A stretch of 64,000 nt of DNA, from contig CAYNFE010000002.1 of assembly GCA_964396475.1 (NCBI GenBank), positions 40,306-104,305 on the forward strand, written 5' to 3'. Positions 8,670 through 17,731 of this stretch are shown here, piece after piece (within the stretch, counting starts at the first letter, position 1; each line of letters opens with the position of its first letter). A model generated the notes under the pieces. That model saw only the letters and a program-made list of their open reading frames with translations. It searched no databases and had not been told where the DNA came from. This DNA is from Candidatus Woesearchaeota archaeon (lineage in GTDB: Archaea > Nanobdellota > Nanobdellia > Pacearchaeales > UBA284). The position numbers and the translations under genes were made by a program.

Positions 8670-9722
8670 TTATTTTGTTGTTCTTAATCTTATTCCTTTT
8701 TGTTTTGCTATCTTTTCTACTGCTTTCATTGCTTGTAAGTATCTATGTCTTCTATGACCTTCAGGAGAACTTCCAGAAGGCATACCTCTTCTCAAACCCT
8801 CTCTTCGTGCTTTATCTTGATATCTATTCCATTCTTCTTCATATTTTATCTGATAATGATTCCATTTTGCTTGTAGTTCAGATGCTGATCTTTGTCTTCT
8901 TATAATTTCAGTTCTTTTTTGTTCCTGTCCTCTATTCTCTCTCTCCTTTTTCTCAATCCTTCCTAATTCTTTTTTCCTGCGTTTTTCTCTTTCTCTCATT
9001 TTTCTTTCTTCTTTTATTCTTTGCTTCCCCTCTAACTTTCTTATTCTTTCTTTCTCTTTTCTTCTTTTTTTAGCTTCTTCCTTAAATGCTTTTATCTCTC
9101 CTCTTCTTCTTGCTTCCTCTTCTTTTTCTATTCCTCTTAATTCTTTTTTTCTTGATATTTGTGCACCTAATCTTTCACGCGATCTTGTAATATATTTTGA
9201 TAGAAGTTTGAAAAGAATAACAATAATTATAGCAATTGTTATTACATCTAAAATTATACAAACCATATAAGGAAAAATATAAGGGCAGAATTGTGATCTT
9301 AACCATATAAGCCATAACAAAGCAAGAGCAATTAAGATAATCCAAAATAAAGATCCTTTTTTTCTGAGTTGTTGCCATGAGATTGCAAGAATAACAGCAA
9401 TAAAAAGTCCTACAACCCACCAACCAACTTGAGGAATTATAACACCATAATAATAAATTGTTCCAAAAGAACCCATAAGAGCAAGAACTATGGAAACAAC
9501 AAAAGCAGCACCTTTGCTAGTATGAAAAACTTGCTCTAGAACAAACCAGCATACTGCAAAGATTAATACAAATAACAAGGCTGCATTAACCCATTCGCTC
9601 TGCGCAAGGTCTGAAATAGATGGCATCCCATAATTAGAATAGCCATAGCCATTATAAGCAAGAACTGAACTAGCAATAAGAATAAATGCAAATAAAAATA
9701 CAAAAGCCAGGCCTCTTTTCAT
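8670..9722 (-). CDS. multi-pass membrane protein with long charged coiled-coil C-terminus
   Basis: Signal peptide plus about 5 TM segments, then an E/K/R-rich tail. Confidence 0.75.
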   Translation of the reverse strand: MKRGLAFVFLFAFILIASSVLAYNGYGYSNYGMPSISDLAQSEWVNAALLFVLIFAVCWFVLEQVFHTSKGAAFVVSIVLALMGSFGTIYYYGVIIPQVGWWVVGLFIAVILAISWQQLRKKGSLFWIILIALALLWLIWLRSQFCPYIFPYMVCIILDVITIAIIIVILFKLLSKYITRSRERLGAQISRKKELRGIEKEEEARRRGEIKAFKEEAKKRRKEKERIRKLEGKQRIKEERKMREREKRRKKELGRIEKKERENRGQEQKRTEIIRRQRSASELQAKWNHYQIKYEEEWNRYQDKARREGLRRGMPSGSSPEGHRRHRYLQAMKAVEKIAKQKGIRLRTTK

Positions 9723-9766
9723 TAGAATATAAGACTAAAGTTATTTAAAAATTTTAGGTTTATGGT

Positions 9767-10492
9767 TTATGGCTTTAATTCAAGAATAAGCTTGTCTTTC
9801 TCAAGATAATAATTTTTTATTGGTAAAGATACAGGAATTAACTTAAAATAAGCTTTATCTTTTGTGAAAGCCTTTATCTCAATGCTGTTTTCTAATTTGT
9901 TTATCATGATTTCTTTCTCATTCTTTACTCCTGGCAAAATAATTTCATAAATAATCTTGTCTGTCAATCTTCTTACTTGAGTCTTAGGTTCTTCTTTTGG
10001 TAACTTGGCTATTTTTGCTTGCTGAGCTTTAGTCAATTTTTTTGTAGGAAGTTTGATTTCTTCTTTTTTAGTAGATTTGTTAGATTTTCCTCCTTGTTTG
10101 ATTTCTTTGATTGGTTGCAATTGGATCTTCTGACCTGGTCCAAATTGTCTTACTTTAATAACTGGTTGGCCATCTGGAGAAGATCCTACTTTAATGCTTA
10201 TACCTTGAGAATGAACAGGTATGTTTGTTCTCTTCATCTTTGCTTCCCCTATATTTTTATCTAATTCTCTAAATTGTTTATCTATATCTCTTATAAGTTT
10301 TTTAAAAGGAAATTTGATGAAGAAAGGCATTTTGAACGCCTCATCAAAACTCTTCTCCATACTCTTCAGTTCTTTTTCATGCTGTTCCTCATAATCCTTT
10401 ACCTCTTTAAGCACTCTGCCACAGAAAGGACAATAGCTAAATTCTGAACTTATTTTCTTTCCACATCTGCACTTGATTTTCTTCTTGAACAT
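9767..10492 (-). CDS. zinc-ribbon + Hsp20/alpha-crystallin-like protein
   Basis: CRC...CPFCG N-terminus; EEPKTQV...YEIILPGV...SIEIKA...YFKLIPV C-terminal domain. Confidence 0.7.
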   Translation of the reverse strand: MFKKKIKCRCGKKISSEFSYCPFCGRVLKEVKDYEEQHEKELKSMEKSFDEAFKMPFFIKFPFKKLIRDIDKQFRELDKNIGEAKMKRTNIPVHSQGISIKVGSSPDGQPVIKVRQFGPGQKIQLQPIKEIKQGGKSNKSTKKEEIKLPTKKLTKAQQAKIAKLPKEEPKTQVRRLTDKIIYEIILPGVKNEKEIMINKLENSIEIKAFTKDKAYFKLIPVSLPIKNYYLEKDKLILELKP

Positions 10493-10536
10493 ACTATTAT
10501 CTCGATATATGTGCTTTTAAATCTTTTTTCTGTATT

Positions 10537-10580
10537 TCTGTTACCACTCTCTTATGGTGACAGATAGAAAGATTTATAAA
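10537..10580. promoter_or_regulatory. inverted repeat TCTGTTACCA-N8-TGGTGACAGA between divergent promoters, followed by TATA TTTATAAA
   Basis: 9/10 palindromic match; the same half-site recurs upstream of other TATA boxes. Confidence 0.55.
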
Positions 10581-10624
10581 GGTCAAAATCTTATGAGTAT
10601 TATAAATTAAATGATATTAAAAAA

Positions 10625-11197
10625 ATGACAAAAGCAAAAAAAGAAGATTTAGAAAAAATAATCGGAGCTTACTTAGATACACATGGTCTTAGAGAAAATG
10701 CTGAAACAGCGCCTTCAAATCCAACTCTTGTAGAAAACTTAGGTATTAGAAGAAAAAATAATCCATTGTGGTACTATGGAGCTACTGATGCAGCAAGAAA
10801 AAAAGCAGCTAGGGAAGAAGAAGAAATATACCAAAATCAATTAATAGAAGGAGTCACATATGATGGATTAATTGATAGTTATAATAACAATGAACTAAAA
10901 GTTCTTTTAACTAGTTTACCTGCTTTAAAAGAGAGCCAGAAATATAGTGAACTAACAAAAATACATCAAATTTATAGGCAAGCACTTCAGGGTTGGAAAG
11001 GAGATCTTGCATTAATGAAGAAAGATGTAGGACAGTTCAAAGATCATGTAGTTAGTGGTCTTGATAACATGGCTGATCAAGCAGATGCTTTTAGCAATGC
11101 TGACCGTGCTTCATTATATGCAAGAGGAACATTATATGAAGCTAAGAGACAACTCTATAAAGCTGTTGACAAGATAAAATCTCCAAACATGAAATAA
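10625..11197 (+). CDS. hypothetical helical protein
   Basis: 190-aa ORF with own TATA and T-rich terminator. Confidence 0.7.
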   Translation: MTKAKKEDLEKIIGAYLDTHGLRENAETAPSNPTLVENLGIRRKNNPLWYYGATDAARKKAAREEEEIYQNQLIEGVTYDGLIDSYNNNELKVLLTSLPALKESQKYSELTKIHQIYRQALQGWKGDLALMKKDVGQFKDHVVSGLDNMADQADAFSNADRASLYARGTLYEAKRQLYKAVDKIKSPNMK

Positions 11198-11230
11198 ATT
11201 TGATTTTTTTATTTATTTTTATTTTTATTT

Positions 11231-12109
11231 TTATTTTTTACTGATTATTTTGTTTATTATTTTAGCCATTTCTCTTACAAATAGATCTGTCTTACCCTGC
11301 CACTCTTCTACTTTGCTTCCTGAAATTTCTGATCTAGATCCATGAAGAATCTCATGTGCTATCTTATGAAGGTCACGATACCAAGAAACATATTTTGAAT
11401 GTAAAGTTCTGTTTCTTACAAAAGTTTCTTCTAAAAGACCTGCGACATGCTCTGGGCTTGGCGGCATTTTCTTTGCTGCTATTAATGCTGCATGGCTTGC
11501 GTCAACCATTGCCCAATAAAGTCCTTCTATACTATTAAGTAAAGAGGCTTTTGTTCTTGCTAAATGAAAAGGGGCTCTCTGTAAAATAACATAAATAGCC
11601 TCTGGTGTGCTTTTCAACTTACCTTTGGCTAGCAGAACTTTAAGGGGTGTGAAAAAACCGCCAAAATCAATCAATGGCTGGCCCCATCTTATTATATTAA
11701 GGATAACAGGCTCTCCTCTTATCATTTCAGTCCACCAAGTGCTTAGCCTGACAGAATTAATATGCAAGGGTTTTCTATAGGGATTTGCTTTAATCAATTT
11801 GCCTAACTCTTCTCTATACCATGCAATAAGTTCAGCATCCCATAATATAGTGCAATCATCAATCAAAACAATAATATCTATATCACTGCCTCTTTTCATC
11901 TTACCTTTGGCAGCTGAACCAAATAAAATTATTGACTTAATTACCTTACCAAATTTTTCATATGTTTTAACTGCAAAATCATAAGCTATATCATTCTCTT
12001 CTTTAATCCTTAAAGTTGGAAATTCTTTCTCGCTTTTCTTTGTAACTTTTGGCTGTCCTATTTTTGGTACTTTAGGAACTTTAGGACTTTTTACTTTTTT
12101 CTTCCGCAT
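11231..12109 (-). CDS. minimal nucleotidyltransferase (MNT)-HEPN fusion protein
   Basis: ILFGS..KG....SDID..VLIDD (pol-beta NTase); C-terminal YWAMVDASHAALI...H HEPN-like. Confidence 0.8.
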   Translation of the reverse strand: MRKKKVKSPKVPKVPKIGQPKVTKKSEKEFPTLRIKEENDIAYDFAVKTYEKFGKVIKSIILFGSAAKGKMKRGSDIDIIVLIDDCTILWDAELIAWYREELGKLIKANPYRKPLHINSVRLSTWWTEMIRGEPVILNIIRWGQPLIDFGGFFTPLKVLLAKGKLKSTPEAIYVILQRAPFHLARTKASLLNSIEGLYWAMVDASHAALIAAKKMPPSPEHVAGLLEETFVRNRTLHSKYVSWYRDLHKIAHEILHGSRSEISGSKVEEWQGKTDLFVREMAKIINKIISKK

Positions 12110-12179
12110 TTTTTACCTCTTTTATTTATTATCTAAATAATTATATTTTTTAAAGTTTCTTATTTTTGTTTTTTTTGAT

Positions 12180-14024
12180 TTACTCCATTGGTGTTCCTGA
12201 GAATCTTTTTCCTTTACCTGGCATCTGTCCACCCAGCTCCATAGGTAAGGAAGCGAAGCCTGCTCCATAAGTACCAACATGTTGTTCTGGAAGCATCATA
12301 CCATATCCAGCTGAATAGCCTCCTGGTATGCCATAAACTCCTCTTACTTGATTCCAGTATGGTTGCATATCCATTCCATATAAAGGGGAACCAAGAGCCT
12401 CAAGAGTAGGAGGCACTGGAGATGTTTTAAATATAACTGGAAGAGCAGCTGCCTCTATAATCTTTTTTCCTGAAAATCCAGCTTTTTCTAATTCTCTTAA
12501 AACCTCTTTAATAGGCATATCTCCCATTCCTGGCGGTAAATGGCTATCTGCAAAACCAAAATTATCTGTCAGATGAGCATGTTTTACAAAAGGAGCTACA
12601 GCTCTAGTTTGAGCAGCTATAATTTTTTTGAATTCTTTTTCATCATATTTGCCTTTCTTTTCTCCAAGACCAAACTTCCTAAGCAGACCTATATGACCTG
12701 TATCCCATGTTGCTCCAATAAGTTTATTTGCTGCCTCTCTTGCTCTAGATTCATTGACTCCTGAATCTCTTGCTTTTTCTATAAATTCCTTGCGGCTGTC
12801 TTTTATTAAGTTAGCAAGTTCTTCTCCCTCACTAAAGATTGTCCCAGCAAAGAAATTTTCCACAGCTATCATAGGGGCTTTTTCCCCGAATTTTTGATAA
12901 CCATGCAGAGCTGTATTTGCAATAGTCTCTTTAGTCTTATCTCTAGAAAATTTATCAGTAGATTGATAAATTTCAGGTGGGTCTTCTTTTATGACATTCT
13001 GAAATCTTCTTATGACTTCATTGTATCTTTTAGTAGCTTCAATAGGATTTGTCTCTGTCAGATTTTCTGTCTGTATTCTATTTAGGTTATTTTTAATTTT
13101 CTCAAGTTCATCTTTATGTTTCTCTCTTGTTTTTTCATCCCAAAGCCTATTAGCATCATTATAAAAGGTCCTTAGGTGCGCGCCAATATCATCATATATT
13201 ACCTGACCCATACTTAATGTATCTAAAGCCCTCCGCTGTTCTGGTAAAAGTTCTTCTGGGTCTATCCTCTTTTCTTTTATATCTTTTAGAACTGGTTGAA
13301 TTATAGGTGCAGTTCCTGAAATTATATCACCTGCTCTATAATTCTCCCAGGCAATTGAGCTGAAAGTCCTGTCCCATACTTTTCTATTCTGCTCTCTAAT
13401 CTGCTCTTCTGGATTAATCCAATAATATCCTTTTTCTGGATCATATCTTCTCTCCCTTCTAATGCCTGTCAGCTGACCAGATTCTCTGCTCACAACATTA
13501 ACCATATCTTCTTCTGTTATTGGAGCTTCTTCAGGTTTTGGAGCTAGCATTGATGGTATTCCAGAAGTTGCATGAATCACAACAGGAATATTTCCGTTTA
13601 TATCTATCTCATGAGCTCTTTCAATATTTTTTTTGAATTGTATTTCAGATTGTTGTCTTACACTTTCACTCCAACCCCTCTCAGTAAAGCCCGCAGGATC
13701 AATAGATGGTGGAACATGTAAGGAAAAAGTTGCCCCAGCAAGTTTTCCAAGCTGTTTGATTTCTGTCCAGTGTTGTTTTGGCATCACCTCAACTCCTGGC
13801 GTACCCATCTCACTGCTGAAAGGCTGAAGTTCAATAGTTTTCATACCCTCGCTTAATCTTGATGAAACCTCAGCTATCTGATTTCCTGTTTTTATTGAAG
13901 TTGGGGATCCTATTTCAGATGTAGGAACTCTGTATCCAATAAATAAAGGACCATAAGTAGGATCAAGAGGACCATAGCTGCCTGTATAAAATGATTCAAG
14001 GGATTTGTATTTTTCTTGTGCCAT
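12180..14024 (-). CDS. endonuclease IV / xylose-isomerase-like TIM-barrel metalloprotein with large helical insertion
   Basis: SLHVP, VIHA, VENF, WDTGH, HLTD, DSH and IIE metal-ligand series. Confidence 0.75.
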   Translation of the reverse strand: MAQEKYKSLESFYTGSYGPLDPTYGPLFIGYRVPTSEIGSPTSIKTGNQIAEVSSRLSEGMKTIELQPFSSEMGTPGVEVMPKQHWTEIKQLGKLAGATFSLHVPPSIDPAGFTERGWSESVRQQSEIQFKKNIERAHEIDINGNIPVVIHATSGIPSMLAPKPEEAPITEEDMVNVVSRESGQLTGIRRERRYDPEKGYYWINPEEQIREQNRKVWDRTFSSIAWENYRAGDIISGTAPIIQPVLKDIKEKRIDPEELLPEQRRALDTLSMGQVIYDDIGAHLRTFYNDANRLWDEKTREKHKDELEKIKNNLNRIQTENLTETNPIEATKRYNEVIRRFQNVIKEDPPEIYQSTDKFSRDKTKETIANTALHGYQKFGEKAPMIAVENFFAGTIFSEGEELANLIKDSRKEFIEKARDSGVNESRAREAANKLIGATWDTGHIGLLRKFGLGEKKGKYDEKEFKKIIAAQTRAVAPFVKHAHLTDNFGFADSHLPPGMGDMPIKEVLRELEKAGFSGKKIIEAAALPVIFKTSPVPPTLEALGSPLYGMDMQPYWNQVRGVYGIPGGYSAGYGMMLPEQHVGTYGAGFASLPMELGGQMPGKGKRFSGTPME

Positions 14025-14030
14025 ATATAT

Positions 14031-14630
14031 TTAATGTCCTTTATACTTTTTAATTTTTCTTTCTCTTTTACGCCAATCTAATTCCTCTTCAAAGGGCTCT
14101 CTTGTTGCTTTATCATCATACTTGACAAATTCTCGTGTCTCTTCTAGATTTCCTATTTTTTCCCTTCTTTCAGGTTCTTCTCTCTGAATAGGAATAGTCA
14201 TCTCAGGTCTTCTTTTAGGTAAGAATTCTGTAACTCTTTCTATTCTTGGAGTAATTTCTTTCGCTCTTTCTTCTTCTCTTCCCTTTTCTTCAACATATTT
14301 TCTTTCTTCTTCACTTGTACTGGCATAACCAGTATGTGTATCATATCTTCTATCTTCTTTTTTTTCTTTTTTAGTTGGAATTTCAGCTAAAGAATCTTCA
14401 AGTCTTCCAGTTCTAGATTCATCTTTTTCTAGAATAGGTATGATAGGTTTTCTAGACCTAAATTCTTGCACCTGTTCAGAAGGAATTTCTCTTACTTCTT
14501 TTTTTTCTTCTTTCTTCTTTTCCTCTTTTTTTTCTTCTTTTGGCTTATCTTTTTCTTCTTTCTCTTTTTCTTCTTTTTGCTCCTCTTGTTCTTCTGTTTC
14601 CTCATCAGTTTTTTCATTTTCATCTTCCAT
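14031..14630 (-). CDS. highly charged low-complexity protein
   Basis: E/K/R-rich ORF tightly packed in the operon. Confidence 0.65.
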   Translation of the reverse strand: MEDENEKTDEETEEQEEQKEEKEKEEKDKPKEEKKEEKKKEEKKEVREIPSEQVQEFRSRKPIIPILEKDESRTGRLEDSLAEIPTKKEKKEDRRYDTHTGYASTSEEERKYVEEKGREEERAKEITPRIERVTEFLPKRRPEMTIPIQREEPERREKIGNLEETREFVKYDDKATREPFEEELDWRKRERKIKKYKGH

Positions 14631-14649
14631 TTTTATTTAGAATTTTAAA

Positions 14650-16020
14650 TTATTTAGGTTGCCATCTCTCTGGCATTTCAAATTCAGGTGGACCAAAAGA
14701 AGCCATTCCATGACTTTTCTTATAAATATCATAAATCTTATAACATAATTCAGCTGCTGTTCTTTCTGCAAGAGCCCTCACAATAGACTCTTCAAAATTA
14801 TCTTTTTTGATCTTGCCTATCTCAAGCTCTTTCTTTTTTTCTTCCTCTTTTTTAGGCTTTTCCTCTTTCTTTTTATCTTCTCCTATAAAATGCTCTATAT
14901 CCTCAAGCATATGAGAAAGACTTTCTTCTGTAACACTTTCTACTAACCTTAATGCATCTTTGAAATCTTCTTTATCTAATTCTTTATTCATAACTTCAAT
15001 TTCATGATCATTCATGGTATATGCCTTAAAACTTATTTCTGCACGACCACCAAAAACATAATGTCCTTGTGGTGTTCTTGTAGGTGTGCCTCTAAAAACA
15101 AAATCTACAAGAACACAAGAATGATAATCTCTCTTTAATTTTAAATTTCTAAAATTTTTTGGTAAATTTCCAGAATCAACTTCCTTGACTATATTTACAG
15201 TATTCTTACCAAAAAGACATAGCTCTAAAAGGACTATATTAAAAGCCTTAACTAGAGCAGGCTCTCTAGTCTTTTCTTTCATCATAAGTTCGTTGGCAAC
15301 TTTGAGATAGGGTTTTGCCCATCTAGTGTAAATTTTTAAAGTTCCTACTTGATTTTTTACCCATGATTTTTCTACCTCATATCTCTTACGAAGTTCAGAC
15401 TCACTCTTTTCCTTCCATGCTAGAAATTCAGCAACTCTTGGTTTTAGAACCCTTTTTACCCTATCATTTAAATCCATCTTGTCAACCTCTTCTGGAGTTT
15501 TGGCAACCATGAAAGCATCTCTAATAGTGGAAAAACCTAGCTGTGTTGCAAGCGTGTCTATGCTACCTATTCTCTGCTTGTCAACTTTCTCTAGCCATAT
15601 TTGTTTAAGACCAAGAATTCCAACCTCTTGTTCTTTAGGATCTTTACTGCTAGTAAGATCATATTGTTTTAACCTTACTTCAAATTCCCTAAGATCATAA
15701 AGTAAGTTAATCAAACTTCTAATCATAGCCCCAACTGTTCCCATTATTTTCATCCCCTCTTCTTGCATTATTTTTGCTCTTTGACCCATCTCTGCAAAAT
15801 AACCGCTTCCTGGAGAAGCTGCAAAATTATCAATAATCTTCTCTACTTCAAAACCAAGATCTCTCATGAATTCTACGATCCAAAAATAAACAGGTTCAAG
15901 TTGTTCTGCGGGGCTATCATAAACAATTTTGTGTTCCCATACTGGTTGCTCATACTTAGGATTTATTTCAGCTATGATATCAGATGTAGTTTTAAAGCCC
16001 TCTTTTTTCTCTTCTGTCAT
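14650..16020 (-). CDS. hypothetical protein (456 aa)
   Basis: Long ORF, first gene of a four-gene minus-strand run. Confidence 0.8.
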   Translation of the reverse strand: MTEEKKEGFKTTSDIIAEINPKYEQPVWEHKIVYDSPAEQLEPVYFWIVEFMRDLGFEVEKIIDNFAASPGSGYFAEMGQRAKIMQEEGMKIMGTVGAMIRSLINLLYDLREFEVRLKQYDLTSSKDPKEQEVGILGLKQIWLEKVDKQRIGSIDTLATQLGFSTIRDAFMVAKTPEEVDKMDLNDRVKRVLKPRVAEFLAWKEKSESELRKRYEVEKSWVKNQVGTLKIYTRWAKPYLKVANELMMKEKTREPALVKAFNIVLLELCLFGKNTVNIVKEVDSGNLPKNFRNLKLKRDYHSCVLVDFVFRGTPTRTPQGHYVFGGRAEISFKAYTMNDHEIEVMNKELDKEDFKDALRLVESVTEESLSHMLEDIEHFIGEDKKKEEKPKKEEEKKKELEIGKIKKDNFEESIVRALAERTAAELCYKIYDIYKKSHGMASFGPPEFEMPERWQPK

Positions 16021-16103
16021 GAGAAAATCAAGTAGAGATTATTTTTATTACTTTCGGTGGTAGCAAAACAAAGATTTAAAAAATATTCAGTATTCATAAT
16101 AAC

Positions 16104-16424
16104 ATGGTCTTTGGAAAAATATTCAAAAAAAAGAAACCAAAAAATGAGGCAGTTATTGATTTGGGAAAGCTTAACGAGATACAAAATAGAACAAGAATGC
16201 TACAAGAGGCAACTCAGATCACAGATACAGAAACTGATACTGGTTTTCTTGGGAATTTAGCAAGCGCAGCAAGCACTAGCGACACGAGTCATGTGGCTGT
16301 TTCAGGAATCGATCCAGAAAAAATAGAAAGACTTAACAGAAGAATAGATACCTTGATAGATAGGTTTGAACTTATAGAAAGAAAACTAGAAAGAATCGAG
16401 AGAAGAGTAGACTTAAAATATTAG
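16104..16424 (+). CDS. hypothetical protein with C-terminal coiled coil
   Basis: ATG 22 nt after TATA; heptad pattern at the C-terminus. Confidence 0.7.
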   Translation: MVFGKIFKKKKPKNEAVIDLGKLNEIQNRTRMLQEATQITDTETDTGFLGNLASAASTSDTSHVAVSGIDPEKIERLNRRIDTLIDRFELIERKLERIERRVDLKY

Positions 16425-16429
16425 TCAAA

Positions 16430-16909
16430 ATGAAAAAAAAGAAGGTGAGTAAGAATATAATAGAAAGAGAGGGAGGTGAAATAAAACTTTTCTTTTTTAT
16501 AATTATTGTATGTTTTGTTTTTGTAATCGATAGATATACTAAATTATTATCAAATTTTATTAGTGGTTGTTTTATTCTATGTATAAGACAATCAATTAAT
16601 TATGGAGCTGCCTTCAATCTTTTTAGTGTTTTTGGATGGACTAGAGTTCTTTTAATACTTATCGCACTCATAGTATTATTTTTTACTGCATTTTTATATT
16701 TTAGAACAAAAGAATTCAATTATTTTTATATAGGTTTAGTTTTACTCTTTGCCGGAACATTAAGTAATTTATTTGATAGGATTTATTTTGGTTATGTTAC
16801 AGATTTCTTAACTTTTAGTTTTATTCCATTCCCTGCTTTTAATATTGCTGATATTAGTAATCTTATTGGTGTTATAATTCTCATAGTTTTTCTTTTAAAG
16901 AAGAAATAA
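16430..16909 (+). CDS. lspA: lipoprotein signal peptidase (signal peptidase II)
   Basis: NYGAAF, G..SNLFDR..FGYVTDF, FPAFNIAD with both catalytic Asp; 4 TM. Confidence 0.9.
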   Translation: MKKKKVSKNIIEREGGEIKLFFFIIIVCFVFVIDRYTKLLSNFISGCFILCIRQSINYGAAFNLFSVFGWTRVLLILIALIVLFFTAFLYFRTKEFNYFYIGLVLLFAGTLSNLFDRIYFGYVTDFLTFSFIPFPAFNIADISNLIGVIILIVFLLKKK

Positions 16910-16934
16910 AAAAAGGAAAAAGTAAGGAAAAAAT

Positions 16935-17681
16935 TTAAGCTGCTTCAAAAACAACATGAACTGATGCACTTACTGTAACTTTTCCTATCTCTACTGATGT
17001 TGGTGTTTCAATTTCTCCACCTTCACCACCTATTGTCTTTGCCCTATAATCTACTGCATAAATCCAAGGTCTATAATCCCATGTGGTATCTTGAACAGTT
17101 TTTATACCTTTAATTTCTAAGTTTAAACCCTGAGCTATGCTCTCTGCTTTTGTTCTTGCGTTTTCTGAAGCTTTTTTAAGAGCTTCTTCTTTAAGTTCAT
17201 TCATTTCTTCATCTGATAAAGAATATTGAATGTTATCAACAAAATTTGCTCCAGAGCCTACTGCTGCTGTTATGAATTTTCCAATGTTAGTATAATTTTC
17301 AATCTTTATCTTTAATCTGTGGTTAACCCTATACCCTTTAAGATTCCTCGTGCCTTGAAGCCAATCATACTCTGGATATAAATTATAAGAGTCTGTTTCT
17401 ATCTCACTTTCTGAAAGACCCTCATTGACTAAAGCCTTTTTAATTGCTGCAATTGTTTCTGCATTCTCTTGCTCAGCTTCTTGTGCATTTTCATTTGTAT
17501 TTTGATAACCTAAATAAAGGGTTGCTATTTTTGCTTGTCTCTCTAATTCAGCATTTCCATTTACATCAATAGTTCTTCCATCAGAAGGCCATGGTTTGAA
17601 AACAAAAAGCACTGTAACAAATACTGCTACTATCACAAGAATAAGAATTGTCAAAAGAATATTCGTTGTTTTAATTGCCAT
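16935..17681 (-). CDS. SIMPL (DUF541) family membrane-anchored protein
   Basis: N-terminal TM; IDVNGNAE, IETDSYNLYPEYDW, GAN, A..KAE.IA, V.ASV.V.F. Confidence 0.9.
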   Translation of the reverse strand: MAIKTTNILLTILILVIVAVFVTVLFVFKPWPSDGRTIDVNGNAELERQAKIATLYLGYQNTNENAQEAEQENAETIAAIKKALVNEGLSESEIETDSYNLYPEYDWLQGTRNLKGYRVNHRLKIKIENYTNIGKFITAAVGSGANFVDNIQYSLSDEEMNELKEEALKKASENARTKAESIAQGLNLEIKGIKTVQDTTWDYRPWIYAVDYRAKTIGGEGGEIETPTSVEIGKVTVSASVHVVFEAA

Positions 17682-17731
17682 ATTTGAATAAAAAGAATAA
17701 TCTATTTAAAGCTTTTGAACTTTAAACTAAT

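Noticed and set aside
14440..14648. Phe/Ser-rich antisense ORFs (also 8675, 20912, 32096, 54884, 61191 and similar)
   Set aside because: Reverse-strand shadows of Lys/Glu-rich coding sequence
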